Both the position numbers and the translations under genes were made by a program. Positions 1 through 13,200 of a DNA stretch of 64,000 bases are shown here, piece by piece. The notes under the pieces were generated by a model. It saw only the letters and a program-made list of their open reading frames with translations. It was not told the origin of the DNA and ran no database searches. The DNA lies in the NCBI GenBank assembly GCA_002633005.1, contig NMRA01000045.1, positions 1,233,552 through 1,297,551 on the forward strand. Reading direction: 5' to 3'. The DNA comes from Phoronis australis. Taxonomy: Eukaryota; Animalia; Phoronida. Each line of letters opens with the position of its first letter. Position 1 is the first letter of the stretch.

Positions 1-3000
1 TAGAAAGCAATTTTCTTATACACCCTAATTCATTTGGCGAGAATGTTGGCGGTACAGGCACCTGAAAATGTTGAACCGTTACGATAAAAGTCGTTGTTTA
101 TCCTCGTCGCCAATTGTTATATTCATGTAGATAGTAAGGCAGTGATTTGATATAACACATATATTGCTTGGTGAAGTGATGGTAACTATATATAATATTG
201 GATTTTTAACAAATAGGTCTACGGTCCTTTTCCACACTGAGTGGAGTGTTTAGGCGACTAAGGCGAGTCACATAAACAATCAACTCATGGTTTTAATGGT
301 GTGTGGTTGGCACCTCAAGTAACAGCAGATAATAGATCAATGCTAAGCTCCGCCCGTGTGTCAGCCATGTTTTGGTCGTCTGTTGTGATTCACAAGTTCA
401 CAAAAATGATTAAAATTACTGTCTCATATTTTATAAACATGAAGTAAATATCAGCTTTATTTCTATTACGTCAAAAGAAATTGGAACATTCTGAACGAAT
501 TTTGACCTTAAATGGAAATCGATGCCCGCTTAACTTCAAAGTCGTTTTTCTTGGCTCCTGATTTCAGGGTGGTGACAAGCTTCTCGGGCCTATTTTTTAA
601 CAACGCGTGGGTCAATTTTTACGAAATTTGCAAAATATTTGAAATCCTCTATAACTGAAGTACAATCGTGTGCCAGGGTTTTTTGATACATGGACTACAT
701 TTTTACTTATTGCACAGAAATGACATAATGTGGCATGATTGCTACAACTCTCGCGCAAAAAATGTTTTTGTACATATCATTGGTATGAATTAGTGGAATA
801 TTGCCTAAGGAAACAGTTGATAATAATCCCAGTGTGTTTTGAAAAAAATCGAGGCAAAATTGGATTTTTTGAAAATCAAAAAGCCCAATATTAAAAAAAC
901 AAATACAATAAAAACTGTTTTTTGATTTTTGTCACTTCCAGTGTCATGTTTAATAAAACCCTTTTTACTTATTTTGGATAGGAACCTGGAGATTTGACCA
1001 GTGTATACACCCCCCTTAAACATGTTGGCAAATGCGCTGATTTCACAAAATTATCGGAACAATTGTGAATCAAAGGTAATAAATCTTGCAAAACTTTCAA
1101 TGATTTAAACCTCTCTCCAATGTGTTCTTTATTCTTCAGTGAAATTATTTACCTCCAATTTTTTGCCCTGGTCACAATGAGTTAAACGAGTTATACTGGG
1201 AGTTTCCCCAGCGTCGAGTGATGTGATTGGTCAAGGCAGCGCATAGCCTTGATCATGATTTGAATTTTTACATTTGTTTATCGATTTCATTTATGAATGA
1301 ATGTCATTGTTACAAGGAAATCTTAATTGCCCAAGTATTTCTTTGATGCCGAAGTATTTAAGGACACCAACGGCCTAAGGTTTCTTCCTGTGTCTGTAAT
1401 ATATTGATAACCATGTGACTTAGGTGTTTTGATCAGGGTGAGGTGTAATCTGGCATACATAACATTAAGATGAGAATTATCAATCACAGTCCTCAGCAAT
1501 GTGTGGTATACATATATTCTGGGATTGATGCAAAGGTGTTGAAGAATTCCGTCTGCCGTGAAAGTGGCTTGATTGGGAACTTATTTGGACAGACAAGTTT
1601 TGCCCATGCATCGGTTGTAGACTGTACAGTAAGTGCCACCAATGGCCTTGGTAATGCATTATGCTGAAGAGTAACTTGTAGCTGAACATACACTGGGATA
1701 CACATAGCCAGCAATAATTGGTCACCAGTGCAACTAGAAGTAGCAAGTAGAACTTCATTTGTAGGTGGCACAGGTAGCGAGCCAATGAAGCCGTCCATCG
1801 TTTTTGTGAGTGAAAATCAAGAAATTCGATATCTCATCACTAGTGTGTTTCTAGGTAGACATTGCCCTTATTGTTAACCAACGCTAAACACATTTTTGAA
1901 GGATCATTCGAAATTATTATGCTCCACTTTACAAAACTGCAAAAGCGTGTAAACTATATTTTTGCTTCGCACCTGCCATTGCATCTGAATCAGTGACGTC
2001 GTATTCTAGTAAGCTGTCCCCACTTAGCTTTTAATTTTATGTCAAATGAGACGTAATGGGTGTTCGAATTGAACGAATGGGGAAGCATTTTTTGATGTGA
2101 AATGGTGATTAGTATGGTGGCGATGTGGTGATTCGCCTCCTAGTACCTGCAGCCGACACGCAGCATTGTACTAAGTACCCCTAGAATATCTGATGGCACT
2201 GGCATGGTAAAGTCCTATCAATTTGGGACAGTATTGGTTTTTTCACTTTTCAAAGGCTTCTAAACATTGCCGTGAACGTCCACAAATTCTCAGCATTATC
2301 TCCTTGGGGTAGCTATAATACAGAACTTTAAAATTTTATAGCATTTATTTTACGCTACTTTTATAAAAAAAATGAAATTTTGCATGTCGGCCATGTTGTG
2401 TCCTGTACTGGTGAGGTTTTACCATAATTGGGAAGTGGCTATCACAGTGTTAATTGTCGTAAACAGTGCATGGACCAGAAATACTGTTAATTAGAGTGCG
2501 TCCTATATTCTACTGAAATTATATGGGGTGAGTGACCTTGTGTTGCCAAGAATGCTTTGTGGATTATGTCTAACTAAACTAACTCGATCATACAACTTGG
2601 CTGTAGTTCAGTGCACTTTTAACCAAGGGGCAAAGGTGCTTGCAGTAGGATTTTGCGCGACATTTCTGTACTGTTAGGATTTAACCGCGAGGTGGGAAGT
2701 TTCAGGCTTGGCGAAGGAAATGTGTGATTTTAAAAATTTTCAGTGGTGGTTTGGTAAGACGCAAGACTCCCTGTCAAGTGAGTCACTAAGGTCTATGCAA
2801 TTAATGGTCATAAGTTACCTGTATTCTGTGACGTTGTTAAGAAATAAGTTATGCAGAAACTGTGCTTGACCTGACCAAGGTGTACTTAACACACTTAGAA
2901 AAGAGTTGAAATCGTGCAAATTTGATGTAGTTGTCAAAACAGAATATTAACTAGATAGTGTAGCTGTCAAGGTGATATGCATTCTGGGGTTTCTAAATGC

Positions 3001-6000
3001 TCACCAGGGTCAGTTTCAGGGTTGCCGCATCAAACTGGTTCTCAAGATCTGGAACCCTATTAGTAGTGACTATTGCACTCCACTACATAATTTATGAAAG
3101 TTAACAAGAAGGTACTGATGGTTTGGCTAAAAACCAGGATTCCATGATTTTGTGTATCAGGTTCTATTGAGATAAAGCCACTGAGGAAATCGTTTGTCAC
3201 CAAAAGCTGATTTACATATACACAGATATCATAAGATATGGTAAGGACACTCAACAGCGCAATCAGATTGTTCCTATGTGGGGCATCAACAAATAGTGTT
3301 TGTGAATGTGTAAGAGTGGAAGGTTAATATTGATGTCTTCTGGTTTCATTATCGGTTCTTATTTTTCAGAATTTCCATTTCTGGCTAGAGTCTCGAGCAT
3401 CAGGCTTGATTTTCAAGCACTGAAATACCATTCCCAATTTTGAGGAAAAGTACACAATCTGATTTTCTCACGTTTTTCTACCTTGTGTTTCGTACAAATA
3501 GGGTGCACTTTTCAAGTATATAGAGTTTCAGGTGTAGAAACTAGGTTAAAGTAGTTGGTGTAAATTGCCTTCCATGTCTAGACTGAATTAGCAGTTATGC
3601 TGGTGACTTTAAAGCATGTCTCCTTTCTGTTTCATGCGTAGGCGTTCATTAATGGTGCGGGATTGTGAGTGCTCTTGAATTAGGTGTGAGGTATGTGGGT
3701 TGAGTTCTGTTGCCCCTCCCCCACCATTCTGGGCTGACCATTGGTTGGGGGTTGGGTTTACTACAATGAATTGATTTTTTGTTTCGGTTCATCACATGAG
3801 TTGAGTAAGCACAATATCTGGGCTCAATTTAGAATATGTAAATACAGTATGCAAAGTAGATAAAAATAACTTTGTGCTGTGCCATGTAAGGATAAGGTTA
3901 TGTAATCCTTAAGAAATCTGGACATTTTTCACCTGTTACCATGGGGCTGTTGCCAGTGTGAAGACTAAAAATTATGTGGTTTCTAAGTGTTCTGACCTAA
4001 TGTCTGAAGGGTCATGACCTTGCCATGGGCACCATGTCCTGTTAGTGGGGAGTGCCAGCAACATGTCTTTGTGTTGGAATCTCTTCATGTCGCTGAACAA
4101 GGTGTAGGTGTGTGCCTGCCAGAAACCATTCTAAAATATATTTGGTCTTATCTAAAGCCACATAAGCATGGCAGGTAAAGGCATCTAAACCAAACTGGTG
4201 GTTTTATGGCCATAGCATATCTAGTTATCTAGTGATTGTATTGTGATTGTATCTTGATTGTATCATTGTGCTAGTGTTATGCTAAACCTGATATGGGGTA
4301 GGACACATGTTAGGAGACAGTTTTGGATTCCACTTTCCATGGCTACTGGTTATTTATCTGTGGTTTGCTTTGGTACATCTGTCTTGATTACACCCTTTGG
4401 TGATGAGACTGAGTGTGTATCTTTTGTTAGCTTGTGTTATTAGGTAACAGATGTTAACCTGAACTGTTGATGTTCACCATTTTGATTCTTAGTAATTGGA
4501 ACTTCAGGAGTCAGTGGACATGAATGGCCTTGACCAATCAATAGGTTTGTATTGTGCCAGCCACTGATGCAGTTCAGTCAGTAGAGGAAGATTATCTGTA
4601 GTCAGGCCATTTACCAGGGTTCCCAAGAGGTCAACTGACAGCTGTGGGAATGTGTCTCCCTTCAGCCAGCTCCTTTTGTGCTTAGCTTAGTCCTCAAATT
4701 TCCTGCTTAACTAGATTAGTAATGCCAGCATTCCCTTGCACAACTGGTCAAGATTGTTAGTGGTATTCATTATGCTGCAAGGCATTGTGTACATACTTTA
4801 ATGAGCTATGGATATTCTTTTCTCACAAAGTTTCACATCTAGGTAGTAGGCTACTTAAGTTTAGATATGTTGCTCATTACTTGTGTTAGTTTTTTGTCTG
4901 TGATATTGATTACACCTGAAATTGTACTGTCCTGTAAGCGTTCTTTGTTAAACCTGTATTTTGCCCCTGTTAACCTGTCAATTTGTTGAATGCTTAACTG
5001 AATTGCTGTGGGATTTAAAAAATATTACCATGCTATTTTGAACAACTGAAGAATTAGTCACAGGCATTGAGTACATGTGCAATTTTGGAATCTTTGATTT
5101 TATGGTTGACCAACCCCAATCAATTCGGAGGGTTTTCCCCGAGTTGCTGATGGCTTCCATGTTTTTGTTGATAATGGAAATAAAATCCTATTAGGAATAT
5201 TGACACCAATTTTATCAGAATAGAAGGCCCATTTCACTAATTGTTTTTTAGCTGACCGAAAAAGTCAAAATGTAGCTTATAAAAGTAGTTTTCTGACACT
5301 AAAATTCAATTTTTATATCTCTGTAGTAAGAATTTACTAAAGCTTGAAGTAAATTTTAAGCAGACAGTTGAACTAACCACATACAAGTTGAATATGATTA
5401 TGTTGTTATTGCACTTCATTCAAACCATCTGGCCAGGCTGACTTAATCATGGAGCAGCATCTCTGTCATCACACTCAAGTATAGAATTCTGAGCCACTTT
5501 TACCAATGAAAGTGAAATTGATAACTTGTGAATTGCCTATTCAGCCCATGACAGTACACTAAGAAGGGTCTGTTCATTCAACTTAATGTGATGGTGAGTC
5601 ATTATTTATGTAAATTACACTGTGATCCTATTTGACCCCGCCCAGATGGCTTCTAGCTTGACTGGTAAAGTGCTATCAGTATGCATGATTTATTGGTTTA
5701 CTGTTCTGCTCAGTGAAGGTATGTCTATGCTGTTGACTGCAGTCTGGTATGCTGAATGGAATCTAGCTATCTGGGTCATGCATAGTCTGGAAGGAGTGGT
5801 CAAGACATGTGCAGCTTGTTTCTGTTCCCTTTCAGTATTAACAAAAAGATAGGATTAGAACTTTGGTCTCATTCCCCATTAACATCAAGGCTTCAGTGAT
5901 TAGGGTCACTGAGAACCCTTGAACTGCTATGAACCTGTGTTCACCGAAGTAGCTAAATTTTGATTTAAACTATGCTGATGTGATTTCGCATCCAATTTTA

Positions 6001-7079
6001 CTAAGGAATAATTTGAGATAAATTTTGTGATTGAAGGCGGGTTTGCAGCTACTTTTTAAGTTAGATCTTGAATCGAAGTTAATACTTGTACGTAAATGAG
6101 TGAATTTAACAGCGAAGCGTCAACATGTGTCTATAGTGGGAATGCTGTGCTTTGGTGTTATCCAACTTACTAGCACATGTTCCTGTGCTCAATAATGCAT
6201 GTTGCATTAAAATACCATTCTACTTCCAATGCACCTCATGAAGTTGGCTGGATATGTTACCATGTGCTGTAGTTCAACCACACCAGCTGTATCGGCGATT
6301 AGCCCTGACCAGAAACCCAAGTCCTGAATTCTTATTAGATATTACAGAAGAAATGTGGTATGTGGATTCTATGCAAAGTTGTCCAGTAGTTCACCCAATA
6401 TTTGTTCTTTGGTTGTCCTGACTGATGAAATGGTGAATTTTATTTGTGTAATTGATGTTTCAGGAAGCCAGACCATTCATCCTAAGTCTTGTGGTTGTCA
6501 GTTATGTCATTCCTTAAGTGTAACCTGCAGTTTTGCTCTAAATTCCTCAAACTTTTACTTAACCTATCGAAGCATTTTAGTTTTCATTCATGGCTTTACC
6601 CTTAGGCATTAATCAGTGAAACTAGATACCAATGTATTGAACGTTTAGTTATGCAGCCATCCTTCAATTACAAAAGCTGTACACATTGTTATTGGCCTGT
6701 GATTGGCCAGTGCCTTACATTTCGGTATTTAATAGTTATAAAAGAACGACATGAAGAAAAAATAAAACGTGAATATCGTTATTATCACCCAGAGGGAAAC
6801 CCACTATCACATGACAATATGGAAATAGATGTTCGGTTAAAATTTTCATGAACACAAGTGACAATGAGCCTTATATTAGTGTGACCATGATCAGAGTCTC
6901 TGTTATTTAGGCTATTCTGAGTTAGGTAGTTGTCAACTTAGAGCGTATCGCTAATTTTTTTATCACTGAAGCATTTAAACTTCATTATCAATCAGTAGAG
7001 AATGCAATTAGTAATTATAGTTTTTTTGTATACCACGCATCTAAAAAAGAACAATTTTTATAATAAAGATCATACTGGG

Positions 7080-7278
7080 ATGGTGTAAGTCGTAAAACGT
7101 TGGTGTTTCTTGTGAATTTCAAGTGCTGTGTAAGACGTGTGCCCTAAGGGTTTACACTGTTACTGGCAGTTTACTGAACACTCCTTAACTGTGATTAAGA
7201 ACACCAACACCTTCAAGTGGCTATCAAACAACAACAGCTGACCGTGGGTACAGCGCAGCATCATATCAGCAGCCTCAG
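7080..7278 (+). CDS. EIF4G: Candidate eIF4G start: ATG GT|gtaagt...ttaag|A ACA CCA ([28 protein letters not shown])
   Basis: ATG at 7080 in good Kozak context (gggATGg). Phase-2 intron 7085-7199 with a GTAAGT donor. E2 ends CAG|GTAAGC in phase 0, matching E3. Confidence 0.55.
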
Positions 7279-10200
7279 GTAAGCAACTGGTAGTGTGGAA
7301 TTGGCATTAGTTCACTGATTAGTCGTGGTGTTTCAATCAAGTGATGGAAAGTTTAATGTAGCATACCAGGTAATTAGTGGAGCAATAAGCGGATTCTTGA
7401 ATTTGGGGGATTTCATCAAAAACGCGGCTCTTGTTTTTCATGCGCATTGCGGGTTGGCCATCAGCTCAGTAAATATCCATTGACCACGCAGATAGCTGCG
7501 AGGGAAAACCAACACTTGTTGCAGAGATGGAAGTACAAGTTCACTCAAAACGTGCTTTTTGGTGCATGTACGAAAAAGCAACCATCCCGTAAAAAGTAAA
7601 ATTGAAAATGCATCACATAAGCACAAGCTGTGAAATCTTTGTTGAAATTAAATCTCACTAGCTAAACATTGATTGTAAATATGTTTAAATGCCCACAAGT
7701 TATCTGTGATGTCACCACAGTTGTCCCACAATGCATTTGAAAATCCACAGCAGCCACAGATGTTTTTTTTTTTGAAAGAATGATAAAATGCTGTGGTGAA
7801 TATTGTTTGCATTAGTGAGAACACAGCCCTCCTACCAGGTTGGTACTCATGTCCACTGTTTTTCTTGCAGTATCGTCAAGTTCTGCCCTCAACGTCTCCC
7901 CATGACATGAATAAACAGCCAATGCAGCAGAACTTGGGGCCTCCCCAAAATAACCCGCAAGCCATGAATCAGATGTACTTTCAACAAGGCCGACCTGCTG
8001 TAAGTCTCGGTGAATTTAATTTCCGCCAGTGTCCCAAGTGGCTGCACTGGTTTTACTAGGCCAGGTCCACCGACTAAGACGTCTGATTGGTTCTAGGTGA
8101 CGACTTCCAGCTTTAAAATTATTCAGATGTCTGGCAGAGCAAATCAAGCTCAGCCAATATCCCGAGATATCTTGAAATGACATTTAGCATCATTAGGGCT
8201 GTGCATGCCAAACTTGGCTAATGGTTATGATGATGTGCCGGTACATTTTAGTGTGCTATAGACTGTCCTAGCTGTCGCTGGTAGCCATTTTGCTTTTCAG
8301 CTGGTTATTGTCGTCCATTCTCAAAATAACTGAACTGGTTTTAAAAAGTCTTGACGTAGGTATAAATAGCTTAAACTACTTTGGTTTTTGGAGAGTATCG
8401 ACAATCTTGGTTACCATTGTAATTTTCAAAAAAAATACTACCGGCCAAAAGTGTTTCTGGATGATATCTGTAAAAGCAATTCGCGTATCTTGGTGAAACT
8501 ACACAAAGGAAGTTGATTGAGATGACTCTCATCAATTAGTTTTAGGACAGATTTGACAACATTAGCATTGTTAAACCTGGTGCAACATACACCTTCTGTG
8601 GTACCATCCTGGAGAATTTGAGTGTCTTAGTTCCCCCATAGTGGCAAGATATTCCTGGCCAACAGAAATTGGAGGTGATATCTGGAAAACCAGATGACAG
8701 ATGTTGGTGAAATACGCTAAAGTGTATGTGGGGTGTACCTGGAGTGGTTTATTTTCAGTCAGATTTGACTTCTGTACATCTCTGGTGGCCATTTTGGTTT
8801 TCGACAAATCATTCTGAAATGCCCGTAGATTATTTTGAAATGGACTCCATTGTTTTGGCTGAAAGTTTAAATTCAAGTCGATTTTGTGACAGATTTGGCA
8901 TTCCTAGCTTTTAGTGTCAGTTTCTCTGCAAGACAGACCTTGCCAAAGTATTATTTCTAGTTTTTCACGAGAATTGATGTATGATTCTTGGTAAAATCTG
9001 ATTCACGATACATGGTGCGAGGGATGCATGGACGAGAGTTGATTCTTGAATGGAATCAACTAGCCCCATCATCTCGGTGTCCTTTTCGGTTTGTGTTGGT
9101 AGTCACTTCCTCCAGGAATCTGTTGTAATGTTGTTTCTTATGATAATGCCCCCCTCTACTTACAGTTCTACAATCAACAGCCCAGGCAACCAACCACCCG
9201 CCAGCACAGGCCCCCAATGAACATGAATAACCAGGCCAGTCAGCAGCAGTACCCAACAATGCAGGTCTCCTGGCCGGCGGGTAATCAGACCTACATGGCT
9301 CAGCCTCAGCCACAAACCTATATGATGGTAGGTGCCTTGATGTGCATGTCATGGATGTTTTTATCGCCATTCCATCCAGTTGTGATTGTCGGCGAACTTA
9401 TCAATTTTTCAACTTCCGCCAGTTTGTCCACGAATGAATAGAGAATTATAGCTAGAAAATGCTGAGTGATATAGTAGACCGTGACCTGTGATGTATATTC
9501 TTGAGCACCAAACACAAAATATTTGAAGTGAATTCTTGCTCTCCAGATTAACGACAGCGTTGCTAACATAAACCTACTTGCTTTAGCATGGCTAATTAAG
9601 GATTTCATCTTCCATGTAAATGCTCAGATTAAATATTTTGATTTATTTCTTATGTAAACGTAGTTATAATTATTGTGATGGTCCTATGTTTATGGTGGCT
9701 ATATGTGTTGAAATTTTGCTTCCTAGTTAACCTTTTAAGAAGTGACTATGAAATGGGTTTTACAGACTAAACCTGTCGTATCAAGATTCTTAAATTGCAG
9801 CCTGTTTTGTAGCCGCTTCATCATTCTCTGACATTTGCTTTGTTTGAATGTTTGAGACTTTTGTTGATGATTTTCTAACCACCAGGATTTAGGAAGTGTC
9901 TAGTATAGTGCAGTGCAGTGCAGTGCAGTGCAGTGCAGTGCAGTGCAGTGCAGTGCAGTGCAGTGCAGTGCAGTGCAGTGCAGTGCAGTGCAGTGCAGTG
10001 CAGTGCATACCCCACAGTGCTCAACACAAGCGAAAACATCCACTCGAAAGTACAAGTGACAGTATATTTGCCACTCGTATTTCTATATTTGAGCTCGTAA
10101 AAGGTGGCGATCAACAAAAAGGTAAAAACTCATAATGTTTATTTTACCACTCACATTTTCGAACGTTTACGTGCTTGTGTCTAGCCCTGCCTCAATTTCA

Positions 10201-13200
10201 GAAGAACTAACATCTTACAAGGTTCACCGTCGTGTCATGGCATCTATTGCAACGCCCATTATCTATAAAGAATATCCATTGCATCCAAGTGTTTGCCGTT
10301 TCAGTATAACCCTGGGCAGGCCATGAACGTGCAACAGTCCCAGTATGTTAGTCAGCCACAGAACTATTCCATGGCCACCACACCGCCTTACTATAATGCA
10401 CCGCAGCCTCAAGGTAACACTATTGCAGCTACTGAGTTATGTAAATAAGGTTTCTGTGATCTCAACTGATTGAAACGTCCTTTACACACCAACCACTTGT
10501 TTGTGGGTCACCACAAGATTTAAAAATGCAACTTAGGAATATTGTTAACTCATAGTTACTTGTATTTTTAAAAAACAAGTTTTATGGCAATTATAATCCA
10601 TTGTGTCTTTGACCTTCATGATATGCAGTCTGTGCGTTAGCATTGTGTTGGAGAACAATACTGCATTATGTAGATTATATGTTCTGACGAGGCACGTCGC
10701 TATGGCAAAGATCATTTTTCCCGCATTCCTGATTTGGTGTCCATAGGATATGTTCAGATAGCTCTACTGAAGCATTGAGTGTCAAGTGAACTTACGTGTA
10801 CTAAAACGACTATGGTCAGGCGTATATTGAAGTCCAAATCTGTTTCTTGTCACATAACCGTCAGAAGTATAACCATGCAACTCAAGAAACATTGATCGAA
10901 TATCGGATGGAGGATTTTATTTAATTTCACAAATTGAAGCATTAAGTGCAACAAAAGTAAGCATGCTCAAAAATGAATGGAAGAAATAAGATACCTAGCA
11001 ACCCATCTTGGGAGGACTGTCTACAGGATGAAGGGAAACAAAATATTATTAGGACATCCTAATCGTGTCACTGTTGTGAGGTGGTGTACACAGACATCGT
11101 TTCTTTCTTCCAGTTTTCTTTTCACAAATACCAGTGCAGGCGAACACAGGCAGACCTCCGTCACAGCCAGCGTACCAACAACCACAGTCCCAAGTGCCAC
11201 AGAAGCGGGAACGCAAACCTCTTCTGATCATCAACCCAGAGACGGGGAAGAGTATCAACGATGACCTGGCGTCTGCCACCAGTAGCACAAGTAACACTCC
11301 ACCTCTTACGGACAACAGTGAACGGGCTACCCCGAATGTAAGAATTCAGCTGGCGCGTTGACTTCAGTGAAATTTGTGTCAAATGAAATTTGGTCGTGTT
11401 ATTGGTACTGTTCTTTTGCTCTGAATGTATCCTCCTTTTTGATAAATTTTCTAAAAACGCATGGTCCTGTAGTCCAATTAATGCCAGATTTGTGTGTAGT
11501 TAAACATGAAATTCAACATGCTCTCTACTTTGCAATGTAATTGTTTTATACATATTTAGCTAAATGCCCAGACATGTCGATAATGTTCATGTCTTAGCTG
11601 TATAAATTATGAAGCACTGATTGTTTAAAATTGAAATTTGGTCTTAAAAATTTTTAGACGGAAATCAAAAAAGAAGTTCAGGCGCAGTTTGCTTCTCAAG
11701 TCATTGACACGATTATTCCTAAGGCCACTTCCTCAGAGTCGTCAACCCCTGCTGTGGCTGCTCAGCCCACCCCGTTGGACGAGACTGACAAAGACATGGA
11801 CACTACAGATTCTGGGTCACTGCCAACAGTGTTGTCTGTTACCTCCACCGAGCCCACTCCCCCTACTGTAGATACTGATGTCACTGTCAAAACGGCTGAA
11901 GTGACGGTTGAGCCATCAGTAACACCACCTGAACCAGTGGTGCAGCAGGAGTATGTTGCAGACAGCAGCCCTAATGCGGAGGTGACTGAGCCGGCCGGAG
12001 AAACCACGGAAACTGGAGAACTTGAGGAAGACGAGGCACCCGCAGAAACGAAGGAACCCCAAGAAACTGAGGAGCCGTCACGTGCTGAGGAGCCTGTGGT
12101 GAAAGTAGATAGCGAAGAAAAGGAAGCAATGCCCAGTGTTGGAGAGGAAGTGCAATTGGGGGAGGCTGAAGTGAGCAAGGGTGAACAGGAAGTAGTTGAG
12201 GTGGCGCTGCCTGTAGCCCCAATTGAGGTGGAGCCGGTGAAGGTGGTGGAAGCCGCCAGTGTCTCAGAAGGTAAGGAGGTGTCTTGTTCAAAAGAGGCTT
12301 GTTGCATCATTCTGTTTTAGTTGAAAACTGTTGTAAAAAAAAAAAAAAGAAAACCACCAGGTTTTCCTCCTCTGTGCAGATTCATCTATGGTACTTGTGG
12401 TGAACTTACTCGGGTTAGTTACATGCGATAGATAATCACTTGTAGAGCTGAAAATTTGCTCTCCACAAACTTGCGCGGCACTGGTCACTGCCAGATGTTG
12501 TGGAGAAAAGATCAAATCAGTGATGTTGTATCGTACTTTGTGAGTGTGGTTCTTAATTAATTTTTTTCAATTCAGTCCCAAAAGAAGAAGAACGGATAAC
12601 TGCTAAACCTCCCAGTGGGCCCAAAGCACCCCCTGGTTTTAAAAAGGTACTGTAAATTTGATGGTGCCATCTCTTTGATTGTGTGTAGAGTGACATGATT
12701 ATGTTACAAGACCATTTGTGATTCTAGAGTTGATGCTTACTTGTTGTATATTAAAAAATTTAAATTAAAACCCGACAACATTTCGCAATTGGTTTGGAAA
12801 TAATTCTCCAGTTCAGGGTGCTCTCTGGCATTTGGCACACCAAAATTAAATTTTCTTCTCACCGAAGATAGAGGCATGAGTGATTTTGTCATTCATCTTA
12901 TTTCTCTGATTGACTTCGCCAGTGCTGCGGTGTCAACCGGTTAAGACAACTGATAGGTTTAACAGCCGGAAGTGGTCTTCAAGAACCCAATCGGATGCTG
13001 TAAGTTTAGCAGCTGGCGACAGTTGGGATTTTGTGGTACTTGAAATGACATCCACAACATGCAGGGACTTGGAAAAGTCTGCCACTCTATCAACATTATG
13101 TGGACCATGTATGATGTCATATGAGGAAATATGATATCCATATTCGTAAAAACACAGAAGTCCATCAAGCATATAAAAGGCTCAGGAAGGGCTTATTTCA

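Noticed and set aside
1-7000. Short ORFs and a possible eIF4G promoter (CCGCCC and GCCATGTT near 350-370)
   Set aside because: No recognisable protein motifs, and the promoter evidence is too weak to call.
9875-10135. ORFs with LHCTA/VQCSA repeats
   Set aside because: Translation of the (CAGTG)n microsatellite in an intron.
11762-12310. 182-aa Ser/Thr-rich minus-strand ORF
   Set aside because: Antisense shadow of acidic eIF4G exon 7.
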